Source: Planctomycetota bacterium
GTDB lineage: Bacteria; Planctomycetota; Brocadiia; JAADGH01
Direction: 5' to 3'
Assembly: GCA_040755855.1 (NCBI GenBank)
Contig: JBFMAD010000005.1
Coordinates: 1-64,000, forward strand
DNA: 64,000 nt
Below the pieces are notes generated by a model. That model worked only from the letters and a program-made list of their open reading frames with translations. It had not been told where the DNA came from and ran no database searches. Shown one piece after another: positions 46,439 to 55,311 of the stretch (position 1 is its first letter; each line of letters starts with the position of its first letter). Both the position numbers and the translations under genes were made by a program.

Positions 46439-48973
46439 ATGAGACAGTATCTCCTTGTTGCCGTCGCCTTCCTTTGCATGAGTGCGGGGAACCTCTCGGC
46501 GCAGGAGAAGGAAAAGCCAAAAACGACCGTGGGGACCGTCCTGCGTGACGGTCGCGCGGCCATGGCGGCCGGAAATCGTGAGAACGCCTGTGCAATCTAT
46601 CGGCGGGGCGCGGACGAGATCGAGGGATATGGCCGCCAGGTCGTCCTCCGCGAGCTGGCGCGGATGCTGCTGGCGATGGATAAGGACGACGAAGCCATCG
46701 GCGTCTATGAAAAACTCCTGACAGAGCAGAAGGCCCCCCATGAGCGGGAGAGGGTCCTCCGCGAACTGGCCGGGGCGCTGGAGGGCATGGGCAAGCACGA
46801 GAAGGCCATCGAGATGCATCAATCGCTCATGGCCGAATACACCGTTCGCGATCCCCGCCGCTACGACGCGCTCGGCGCCATCCTCCGCATCGCGCACCAG
46901 GCCGGCAAGGCCAAGGAATACAGAGACAAGGCTCGGGATGATCTGAATAATGCGCTCCGGCAGAACCTTGCCAAGGAGGACCGGGAGGAGTTGACCTGGC
47001 GGACAGGCATGCAACTGGGCGATTCGTCCTTCATGGCAAACGAATATGAACAGGCCGCGAAGGACTACACCGCCGCCCTCCCCCATGCCCCGGAGAGCGC
47101 GCGCTATCGGATCCAGAAACAACTCCTGCTGTGTTACGAGCAACTGAAGGATTATGAGGGCGTCATCCGCGCCTGCACGGCCCTCACGGCCGCGTCGCAC
47201 GCGCGAACAGGTTCGCCATATGCAAAGAAGCTCGCCCAAGCCTATTTCATGCTGGGCAAGGACGCCGAGGGTATGGAGGCCATAGCCAACGCCGACCCAT
47301 ATACCGCCGCCTCAATCGCCGAGAGCATGACCACCGCAGGTGAGTTCGCCGCCAGCGAGAAGGTCCTCAACCGATCCCTGGAAAAAAGTCCCGACAATAT
47401 CCAACTCCTCTGCGCCCTGGCCCGACTCAACTGGTATCGGGACCGGTGCGACGAGGCGCTCAGAATCTATCGGACATGCTATGCCAGGACACCGCTGGAC
47501 GACCCCATGTTCTTCAAAATAGCGGAAAGCATCGCCGGCATCTACATTGACAAGAAGAACGTTGACGCGGCCGCCGCCGCCGAAAGAAAACACCTTGATA
47601 AGACGCCTCCCCAAAAGAATCATGAGGCCGGAAATCAGGACGACCTCATACGCGAACTCCTTCTTACGGCGCTCATGGAGCACGACGCCGACGACTATGC
47701 AAACGCCCTCCGCCACCTGATGGAGCTTGATTCGATCACAGCCGGTCACGCGCGCCTTTCGAGCAACGTGCGGGGTCAGATCGTCGAAACGGCCCTCGCC
47801 GCCGTCGGAGATCTTCTCGCCCGCGGCGACCTCGATGGGGCGGAAAAGGCGCTGGCCGCCTTGAGGAACAACCACTATCAAAGCCTTGCCTGCGACTACG
47901 CCGAGTACGTCATCCTTGAACGCAGGGGAAAAACCGAGGCGGCGGCGGAAAAACTGCGCAGCATCCGCCAGGAGCCGCGCGTCCCCACGACGCTGCGGTT
48001 GGGTCCGCAAACGTTGGGGCCTGGTTTTCTGCCGCGCATGGCGTCGGAGCGAGACCACTGGACCGCGGCCACCTTTCTCGCGCAAATCGGCATGATGGAC
48101 CTCGCCGTGGAAGAGTGGAAACGTACCATCGAGGGATCACCCCGCCAAACCAACGCCGATAAGATGGCCGCCGTCTGCCTGGGGGAGTACTATGCGGACA
48201 AAAATATGCCTCAACAGGCTCTGGAATGGTTTGAACAGGCACGCGATGTTCTGGAACAGGGAATCTCGCCGAGATACAGCGCCTACTGGCGGGGGCGGGA
48301 GCTGCAAGCGCGCTTCGAACTGGCCGGCGACGACCCGGACGTGGTCGCCCAATTTCTGAGGGACAATTCTCTTTCCTATCGCCTTGCCGCCATGGACTTG
48401 CTTAAGGACGTCGGCACGCCTGCCCATATCGCGATGATCAACACAACGGCACAAGTTATGCCCTCCGACCTGCGCGCCGCCGCCGATGCCGCAGTTCTCG
48501 GCATCCAGAGCCGTTTCCATCGTCAACTCCAGATGGGTCTGCCGACGTTTGATGAGACTAAATTGAAAAGAACGCTCTCGCGGAAGGTCAATGTGCTGTG
48601 GATCAAGCCGGATGAGGCAGAGCCTTCCTTGAGATGGATTGGGCTAAAGGATGGCTTTGTGCTACTGGCCGACCTCAAGCATCAGGCCCTCTACGACTTC
48701 TCGGATGCACTCGACCTCCTCACCGATTCCGCTCCCTCGCCCACCTGCATCGCGTTCTCCACTGCTGCGGTATGGGTGGGAACAGAACAGGGCATCTTTG
48801 CCTATGACCGGAAAAGTCGGGAGTGGTCGCAGTATGCCGTCATGGGCAAGTTTCTTGACATCGCTATCGAAAATGTCGAGCGCGTGGGCAGGGACTGGGC
48901 CGTTACCGTCCAAGGCCAGGGCCGGTTCCTATTTATCACCGCTGACCGGACTTGGCGCAAACTCTCCGAGTAA
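46439..48973 (+). CDS. Exported TPR-repeat protein
   Basis: Signal peptide MRQYLLVAVAFL...SAQ, multiple TPR-like helical pairs and C-terminal propeller-like blade VWVGTEQGIFAYD. Confidence 0.75.
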   Translation: MRQYLLVAVAFLCMSAGNLSAQEKEKPKTTVGTVLRDGRAAMAAGNRENACAIYRRGADEIEGYGRQVVLRELARMLLAMDKDDEAIGVYEKLLTEQKAPHERERVLRELAGALEGMGKHEKAIEMHQSLMAEYTVRDPRRYDALGAILRIAHQAGKAKEYRDKARDDLNNALRQNLAKEDREELTWRTGMQLGDSSFMANEYEQAAKDYTAALPHAPESARYRIQKQLLLCYEQLKDYEGVIRACTALTAASHARTGSPYAKKLAQAYFMLGKDAEGMEAIANADPYTAASIAESMTTAGEFAASEKVLNRSLEKSPDNIQLLCALARLNWYRDRCDEALRIYRTCYARTPLDDPMFFKIAESIAGIYIDKKNVDAAAAAERKHLDKTPPQKNHEAGNQDDLIRELLLTALMEHDADDYANALRHLMELDSITAGHARLSSNVRGQIVETALAAVGDLLARGDLDGAEKALAALRNNHYQSLACDYAEYVILERRGKTEAAAEKLRSIRQEPRVPTTLRLGPQTLGPGFLPRMASERDHWTAATFLAQIGMMDLAVEEWKRTIEGSPRQTNADKMAAVCLGEYYADKNMPQQALEWFEQARDVLEQGISPRYSAYWRGRELQARFELAGDDPDVVAQFLRDNSLSYRLAAMDLLKDVGTPAHIAMINTTAQVMPSDLRAAADAAVLGIQSRFHRQLQMGLPTFDETKLKRTLSRKVNVLWIKPDEAEPSLRWIGLKDGFVLLADLKHQALYDFSDALDLLTDSAPSPTCIAFSTAAVWVGTEQGIFAYDRKSREWSQYAVMGKFLDIAIENVERVGRDWAVTVQGQGRFLFITADRTWRKLSE

Positions 48974-49353
48974 ATTCTTCTTCCTCTGACTTCCTGTAAA
49001 CATTCATATCGTAACTATTGTTATTTCTAAGTTATAAAGGTCTGACTTAGTTAGGTTTATTCGGGTCACCTGCGTTGCGCCCGATTGGTCCAGGCGTGTC
49101 GCCAGGGAGTAGGTTGATGGGTCGGTGGATTTTCGGCAACGTAAATCAAATTTACGTTTTAGTCCCATGTTTTGGTCCCTTTCATCCTGCTTGAGTCCAC
49201 GTGTAAAATTTTGTTCCGGGCGCAACTTACGTCGCAATAACGACTTATGGATGGTGGGTGTGGTCGCTTGCAGTTCAGGCACACCCGTTGCGATATAGCC
49301 CCAACGGAGTAACGAGGACAACCGGAAACGCGAAGAAACGAAGGAGAAAGGAA

Positions 49354-49923
49354 ATGAAGACGCTGCTGAGAGGATTGGTCGTGGGATTGGCAATGCTGAT
49401 GGGAACAATGACCGCCGAGGCGCGACCTCACCGCGTCGTCCGCCCGTCGCGGACGTTGCTGCACGGCAGGGCAACCTTACCGCGAGTGATCCATGCGACT
49501 CGTGTCGCCAGGGCCGTCAGGACGCATAGCCCCCGCCGTGTGGTTGCCTCTACGGTACTGACGCCGAGGGTCCAGACGCGTGTGGTGACTGTTCCCACCT
49601 ACACCACCTCCGGGACGCAGACGGTGGTCAAGGAGATTGTGACGAAGGAAGTCCCGGTTGAGGTTCCTGTCGTGATCACTGAGGAGACGACCGAGGCAGC
49701 CGATGAAGAAGCGACGGAGGAATCAACCGAAGAGACGGCGACCACGGACGAGGCAACCAAAGAAGACGAGGAAAAGGCCGACGAGGAAAGCTCCGAGGAA
49801 TCCTCTGAAGAGACGGACACGGACAAGTCAGACAAAGCAACAGATGAGCAGCCCGAGAACAGCGAGAGCGAAGACAATGCCACGGGCGGTAACGAGGACG
49901 CGGAAAAGACCCCCTCGGAATGA
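49354..49923 (+). CDS. Exported low-complexity protein (Arg-rich N-half, acidic tail)
   Basis: RBS AGGAGAAAGG, signal peptide ending AEA and E/D/T/S-rich C-terminus. Confidence 0.7.
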   Translation: MKTLLRGLVVGLAMLMGTMTAEARPHRVVRPSRTLLHGRATLPRVIHATRVARAVRTHSPRRVVASTVLTPRVQTRVVTVPTYTTSGTQTVVKEIVTKEVPVEVPVVITEETTEAADEEATEESTEETATTDEATKEDEEKADEESSEESSEETDTDKSDKATDEQPENSESEDNATGGNEDAEKTPSE

Positions 49924-50044
49924 CATAGACCAGTTGAACCAATTGGGGCTCCGGCGGTCGAAGGGAAGCGGCCGCCGTTTTATTGCACTCTCTGGCCGTG
50001 GTTCTCCACTCAATCGGCAATCGAAAATCGCAAAACGAAAATGT

Positions 50045-50073
50045 TTGCCGATCTGCCCACATTCCTGTATACT
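50045..50073 (+). promoter_or_regulatory. Possible sigma70 promoter
   Basis: TTGCCG-17-TATACT. Confidence 0.5.
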
Positions 50074-50132
50074 CGCCTATGCATGGTTAGAATTACCGTC
50101 CCCTGCGACTGTGCGGAAACAGAGGAAGGTCT

Positions 50133-52292
50133 GTGAGGACACTCCTGAGAGACGTCGCTGTCGTTGCCATCCTTCTCGGCCTGTCCGGGTGCGGGAAGGA
50201 GTCAACCGTCCCGCCCAAGCCCAGGCCGCCCTCTCATTCCACCAAGCCCAAGAAGGCGGGGCGGACCGACGAAGGTAAACGGTTGACAAAAAAGGCCAGC
50301 ATCGCATGGCTGGACTGGGGAAAGAAGGCCCTCGATCAGGCGCGACAACAGGACCGGCCCGTCCTCCTGGCTATTTCCACGGCGTGGAGCGGATGGGAGA
50401 GCAAAATGGATCAAGGGACGTTCGCAGAGCCGGATATTCGCGCGACAATTAACAAAGCCCTGGTCCCCATTCACGTGGACGGCGACGAGCGGCCCGACAT
50501 CAACCGCCGCTACACCCAGGGCCTCTGGACCACCGCCTTCCTTACGCCCGACGGCCATCCCTTCGGCTACCTCAAGACCAACGAGGACCTCCTCTACGGC
50601 GGCAAGTACTACACCGCGAGCCGGATTGACCTCGCCATCCAACAAATGGTCGAGATGTATCAGGGCCGAAAGCAGGAATATCGCCAGGACGCCGAGTTGC
50701 TCGCCGAGCGGGTGAAGTTCCTCCACAAATATCCCCTACCACCGGACTTGGACGGCTTGAAGAATGTCCAGTCTCGCATCATGGTGGCGCTCAAGGTCTA
50801 CTACAACGAGCAATACGGCGGCTTCGACGAGGGCGAGCAAAAGGTCCCCCGCGCCGATGCGATTGACTTCCTGCTCTACGAGTACGTCCGGACAGGCGAG
50901 CGGCGGCTCCTCCTCATGGTGAACCGCACGCTCGGCGCGATGGCCGCCTCGGGGCTTTACGATCACCTCGGCGGCGGGTTCCATCGCTCCGCCGCCTCCG
51001 CCGACTGGCGCAAGCCGCACTTCGCCAAGATGTGCAGCGAGAACGCCGAGCACATCCGCAACTTCCTGCACGCCTACCAGGCCACCGGCAACGGCTACTA
51101 CAAGCGCATCGCCGAGGAGACCATCGGCTACATCACGCACACGCTCTCCAACCGAACGGAGGGCGGCTTCTGCGCGAGCCAGGCCCGCGATGATGAATAC
51201 TACACATGGAGCAAAGAGGAGATCGAGCGCGTCTTGACGAAGGAGGAGGCCGACATCGCGCTCCGCTACTTCGGCGTGGGGGAGTCCCGGAATGAGACGT
51301 CGCCGCAGAGCGGGCGCTATGTCCTCATGGCCGGCAAGTCGGTCCAGCATATCGCCAGGGATCTGCACATTTCCGCCAACGAGGTGAAGGAATCTCTCGC
51401 CAATTCTATCGAGAAGATGCGGCGGGCGCGGGCGGAACGACCCGCACCGCCTGTGGACCGGAGGCTGTTCACCGACTGGAACGCCGTGATGGCGTCCAGC
51501 TTCCTCCAGGCCAGCGTGATCCTCGACAGCAGCGTGCTCCGCGCCTTCGCACTAAAGACGCTGGATATGTTGATAACTAAATGCCATCGAAGCGACGTCG
51601 GCATGTACCACTGCCTCGACGGACCGACGCCCCGAATCACCGGCCTCCTCTCCGATCAGGTCATGACGGCCCAGGCGCTCCTCGACGCCTATACGCTTAC
51701 CGGAGAGCCGACGTACCTTAAACAGTGCCGCGATCTCGTGGCGATCCTGCTGAACGAGTTCCATGACAGGAAGGGCGGTGGGTTCTACGACCGCATTGGG
51801 GACCCCGATCCCATCGGCCTTTTGGCCGTCCCGGACAAGCCGATTGATGCCAATACGGTCGCGGCACGCTGCCTGATCCGGCTGCACCACATCACGGGCG
51901 AGAAGCAATACCTGACCGACGCCACGCGCACCCTCGGCGCATTCACGCGGGCGATCGAGGGGGAGGAGGTCGCCGCGGCCGGCTATGCCCTCGCCGTCCA
52001 GGAGATGCTGGAACCGCCGCTGCGCCTCATCGTCGTCGGGCCGGCCAGGTCGTCGGCCGCCGCCGCGCTGCTGCGCGAGGCCGTCCGGTTCTACGAGCCG
52101 CGAAAGGTCATCATCCCCCTCGATCCATCGGCCGACCCGGCGCGAGCGATAGCCTTCGGCCTGCCGCTTGACGCCAGGCAGGGGGTGTATCCCTGTTACA
52201 AGAATATCGCCGGCGACCCTATCGGCGACCCCGCACACGTCGCCGCCTTGCTCCATGTCTTTGTCAAGAAACACATGAAACCGGAGGAGTAG
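50133..52292 (+). CDS. YyaL/SSP411 (DUF255 thioredoxin-like plus six-hairpin) family lipoprotein
   Basis: I.WLDWG..AL..A...DRPVLL, VDGDERPDI, GLYDHLGGGFHR, PHFAKM and DWNA motifs; lipobox LSGC. Confidence 0.85.
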   Translation: MRTLLRDVAVVAILLGLSGCGKESTVPPKPRPPSHSTKPKKAGRTDEGKRLTKKASIAWLDWGKKALDQARQQDRPVLLAISTAWSGWESKMDQGTFAEPDIRATINKALVPIHVDGDERPDINRRYTQGLWTTAFLTPDGHPFGYLKTNEDLLYGGKYYTASRIDLAIQQMVEMYQGRKQEYRQDAELLAERVKFLHKYPLPPDLDGLKNVQSRIMVALKVYYNEQYGGFDEGEQKVPRADAIDFLLYEYVRTGERRLLLMVNRTLGAMAASGLYDHLGGGFHRSAASADWRKPHFAKMCSENAEHIRNFLHAYQATGNGYYKRIAEETIGYITHTLSNRTEGGFCASQARDDEYYTWSKEEIERVLTKEEADIALRYFGVGESRNETSPQSGRYVLMAGKSVQHIARDLHISANEVKESLANSIEKMRRARAERPAPPVDRRLFTDWNAVMASSFLQASVILDSSVLRAFALKTLDMLITKCHRSDVGMYHCLDGPTPRITGLLSDQVMTAQALLDAYTLTGEPTYLKQCRDLVAILLNEFHDRKGGGFYDRIGDPDPIGLLAVPDKPIDANTVAARCLIRLHHITGEKQYLTDATRTLGAFTRAIEGEEVAAAGYALAVQEMLEPPLRLIVVGPARSSAAAALLREAVRFYEPRKVIIPLDPSADPARAIAFGLPLDARQGVYPCYKNIAGDPIGDPAHVAALLHVFVKKHMKPEE

Positions 52293-52293
52293 A

Positions 52294-55200
52294 ATGAAAC
52301 ACCGTTGCACCATGGTTCTTCTTCTGCTTGCGTGCGTTCTTCAAGCAATGGGCGTTGCCCAGGACGTTGCGCCGAACGTTCTCCTGCTCGATGACATGAA
52401 GACCATCGAGAAGTGGGGGGGCGGGAAGACCGAGCACAGCCCCGATCGCGGCGGCGCGCTGAAGTGGCAACTCGATCCCGGCGGTAAGGTCCAGGCCACA
52501 AGCATCAGCCTCGCGCCGTTCAAGGTGGACCCCAAGCAGTACGACTGGCTCAAATTCGAATACAAGATTGACGGCCCCGTCCACTGGTTCGGCGTCAAAA
52601 TCCAGCACTACCTCCTGCACGATAGCCAGCAGGTGGTCTATCGGGCCTACGGTCCCGGCGAGGGGACGGCCGACTGGTGCGAGGCGTCGCTCGACATTGA
52701 GAAACCCGAGGCCGTCTGGGAATACAAGGGGGACAAGAAACTGGAAGTTCTATTCCTCCGCGCCCAGAGCGCGAAGGAGAGCGGCTGCACGATTTATATC
52801 CAAAATCTGCGCCTCGTGCGATTGCCCGTAAAGGTGTCCTTCCGCGAGGTCGTTGGCAAGCCGTCGGAGACGCGATATGCCATTGACATGAAGAACGTGG
52901 ATGCCAGGCCCCATGAAGTCGCTCTGACAACCGACGCCTCGGCCCTGCGGGCGTTTGCCGTTTCGCTCTCGACCGAACGTGTGACCATTGAGCCGGGCAT
53001 GACGGCCGCCGTGACGGCGGACCTCGCCCTGAAGCCCGATCAGAAGAAACCGCCCCTCTATTCGGAGACGGCCTCCGTCTCCCTGCGCGTGCAGGGAGAG
53101 CCGGACTGCTCGGCGCCCCTGGCGCTCTTGGCGACGGTGCCGCTGCCGGCGCTCGACCGGCCGTTCGTGTTCACCACAAGAGAACAAATCGCAAACGCAA
53201 AGGAGAAGATCGAGAAATACCCCTGGGCGAAGAAAATCTACGACGACATGTTGAAAAAGGCGGACAAGCTTCTCGATGCCCCCACCGACATCCCCGACCG
53301 CACAGGCAGCTGGAGCCACTACTACGCCTGCCAGGACTGCGGCTCCCGTCTCAAGACCGTCACGCCCACGGAGCACAAATGCACCGGCTGCGAGAAGGCC
53401 TACTCAGGCGACCCGTACGACGCCGTCGTGGTAACCAACGTGCACCACAGGTGGGCGGACAACGCGCGCGACCTCGGCCTGGCCTACGCCTTCACGAACG
53501 ACGCAAAATATGCCCGACGCTCCGCCGAAATCTTCAAGGAATACGAGAAGAGGTATCGGACATACGAGCCGCACAACCTGAACAAGAAGGGCAATGGGTG
53601 GAAGGTCATTGACTACAGTCTCGGCCAGTCCGTCTGGGTCATCCCCATCGCCCAGGGCTACGACTTCATCCGCGACGCGGGTGTGCTAACCGACGAGGAG
53701 AAACAACGAATCGAGAACGACTTCTTCCGCGACATCGCCAAGTCCGTCCAGGGCCATCGCGGCATCCACAACATCACCTGCTGGCGCAACGCCGCCGTGG
53801 GGACCATTGGCCTCGCCATCGGCGACCCGGACCTCGTCCGATGGGCCATCGAGGACCCGGCGGGGCTGAAGCAGGAGATCGCCGAGGGCATCCTCGAAGA
53901 CGGATTCTGGTTCGAGGGATCGTGGGGATACCACTTCTACGCCCTGTCGCCGCTCTGCCACCTCGCCGAGTCGGCGGACCATGTGGGGATCAATGTCTTC
54001 AACGACCGGTTCGAGACGATGTTCACCGCCCCGCTTCAGTTCATGACCGTGGACCGATGGCTGCCCGCCTTCAACGACAGCGGGGCGGGGTCGCGCGTCG
54101 GCTACTCCTGGTGCTACGGGCTTGCCGCGCAGCGTTACCCGAAGAGCAAGGAGATCGCCTGGCTTGTCTCCGATGCGCTGGAGCGGGGGCAGGTCCGCGA
54201 CATCGCGTCGCTGCTCTACACGCCGGGCGAGGTTGCGAAGGTTGATGCACCGCCGATGAAGACGCACCTATTCCAGGGGTCGGGCATTGTCGTCCTGCGG
54301 TCGCCCTCGCCCACAGACCAGATCTACGTCGCCTTCGAGTATGGCCCTCACGGCGGCGGCCACGGCCACCCCGACAAGCTGGGGTTCGTGATGTGCGCGC
54401 TGGGCAGGCAGCTTGCCGTGGACCCCGGCTCGATCTCGTACGCCGTGCCGTTGCACAAGAGATGGTATCGCCAGACCATCGCCCACAACACGCTGACCGT
54501 GGACCGCGAGTCGCAGCAGCCGACGACGGGTGAGCTGCTCTACATGGGGTCGTCGCCCGAGTTCCAGGTCGCCTGCGCCCGGACGACGGAGGCCTGTCCA
54601 GGGGTGGAGTTCACGCGCACAATCGTCATCATCGGAGACGATTGCGCGCTGGTCGCCGATCTGGTGAAGAGCGACGCGGAGCATCTTTACGACATCGCCT
54701 TCCACATCGTCGGCGAACTGAAGACCGATCTCAACGTCCAGCCACCAGCAGCGCCCGTCGGCGAGACGAACGGGTATGACGTGCTGGAGGACGTGAAGGT
54801 CGCCAGGGGCGCACCCATGGTCCGCGCCGAGTTCGCCATCAAAGACAAAGAAGATAAGGAGGCAAAAGGGCCGATGGGGATTCACATGCTGTGCGCCGGC
54901 GCGGAGGACGCAGAGATCATCACCGGTCTGGGGCGGGGCAACCCGCCGACGGAGCGCGTGCCGTGCGTTATCCTCCGCAGGCAGGCGAAGGCCGCGAGTT
55001 ATGTAACGCTCCTCGAACCGTTCCGGGGGCAAGCCAGAGTCAAATCCATTGCCCGCCATCCGGTGCTCCGCGCCGACGGGACGCCTGACCCCGACGCCTT
55101 CGGCATCGCAGTCGAGTCGGCGAACTGGCGGTTCATCGGGATCGTCGCGCCCAGCCAGGCCCAGCGCGCCTGCCCGGCGCTCAAGCTCGAAACGGATGGG

Positions 55201-55308
55201 AAGGCCGCTCTGGTGCTCCTGCGGGAAGGCCAGGTTGCGGCTGTGCTTGTAATGGAAGGCAACGGTGTTGCCGTGGACGGAAAGCGCATCGTCGCGACGC
55301 AGCGATAG
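52294..55308 (+). CDS. Exported alginate-lyase/heparinase II-III-like polysaccharide lyase (PL17-like)
   Basis: IHNITCW, DGFWFEGSWGYHFY, PAFND, GGGHGHPDKL, DPG and WYRQTIAHNTL motifs. Confidence 0.85.
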   Translation: MKHRCTMVLLLLACVLQAMGVAQDVAPNVLLLDDMKTIEKWGGGKTEHSPDRGGALKWQLDPGGKVQATSISLAPFKVDPKQYDWLKFEYKIDGPVHWFGVKIQHYLLHDSQQVVYRAYGPGEGTADWCEASLDIEKPEAVWEYKGDKKLEVLFLRAQSAKESGCTIYIQNLRLVRLPVKVSFREVVGKPSETRYAIDMKNVDARPHEVALTTDASALRAFAVSLSTERVTIEPGMTAAVTADLALKPDQKKPPLYSETASVSLRVQGEPDCSAPLALLATVPLPALDRPFVFTTREQIANAKEKIEKYPWAKKIYDDMLKKADKLLDAPTDIPDRTGSWSHYYACQDCGSRLKTVTPTEHKCTGCEKAYSGDPYDAVVVTNVHHRWADNARDLGLAYAFTNDAKYARRSAEIFKEYEKRYRTYEPHNLNKKGNGWKVIDYSLGQSVWVIPIAQGYDFIRDAGVLTDEEKQRIENDFFRDIAKSVQGHRGIHNITCWRNAAVGTIGLAIGDPDLVRWAIEDPAGLKQEIAEGILEDGFWFEGSWGYHFYALSPLCHLAESADHVGINVFNDRFETMFTAPLQFMTVDRWLPAFNDSGAGSRVGYSWCYGLAAQRYPKSKEIAWLVSDALERGQVRDIASLLYTPGEVAKVDAPPMKTHLFQGSGIVVLRSPSPTDQIYVAFEYGPHGGGHGHPDKLGFVMCALGRQLAVDPGSISYAVPLHKRWYRQTIAHNTLTVDRESQQPTTGELLYMGSSPEFQVACARTTEACPGVEFTRTIVIIGDDCALVADLVKSDAEHLYDIAFHIVGELKTDLNVQPPAAPVGETNGYDVLEDVKVARGAPMVRAEFAIKDKEDKEAKGPMGIHMLCAGAEDAEIITGLGRGNPPTERVPCVILRRQAKAASYVTLLEPFRGQARVKSIARHPVLRADGTPDPDAFGIAVESANWRFIGIVAPSQAQRACPALKLETDGKAALVLLREGQVAAVLVMEGNGVAVDGKRIVATQR

Positions 55309-55311
55309 GGC

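Noticed and set aside
48974..49353. Replication origin or dif site
   Set aside because: No DnaA-box cluster, no convincing XerC/D consensus and no dnaA/par genes nearby.
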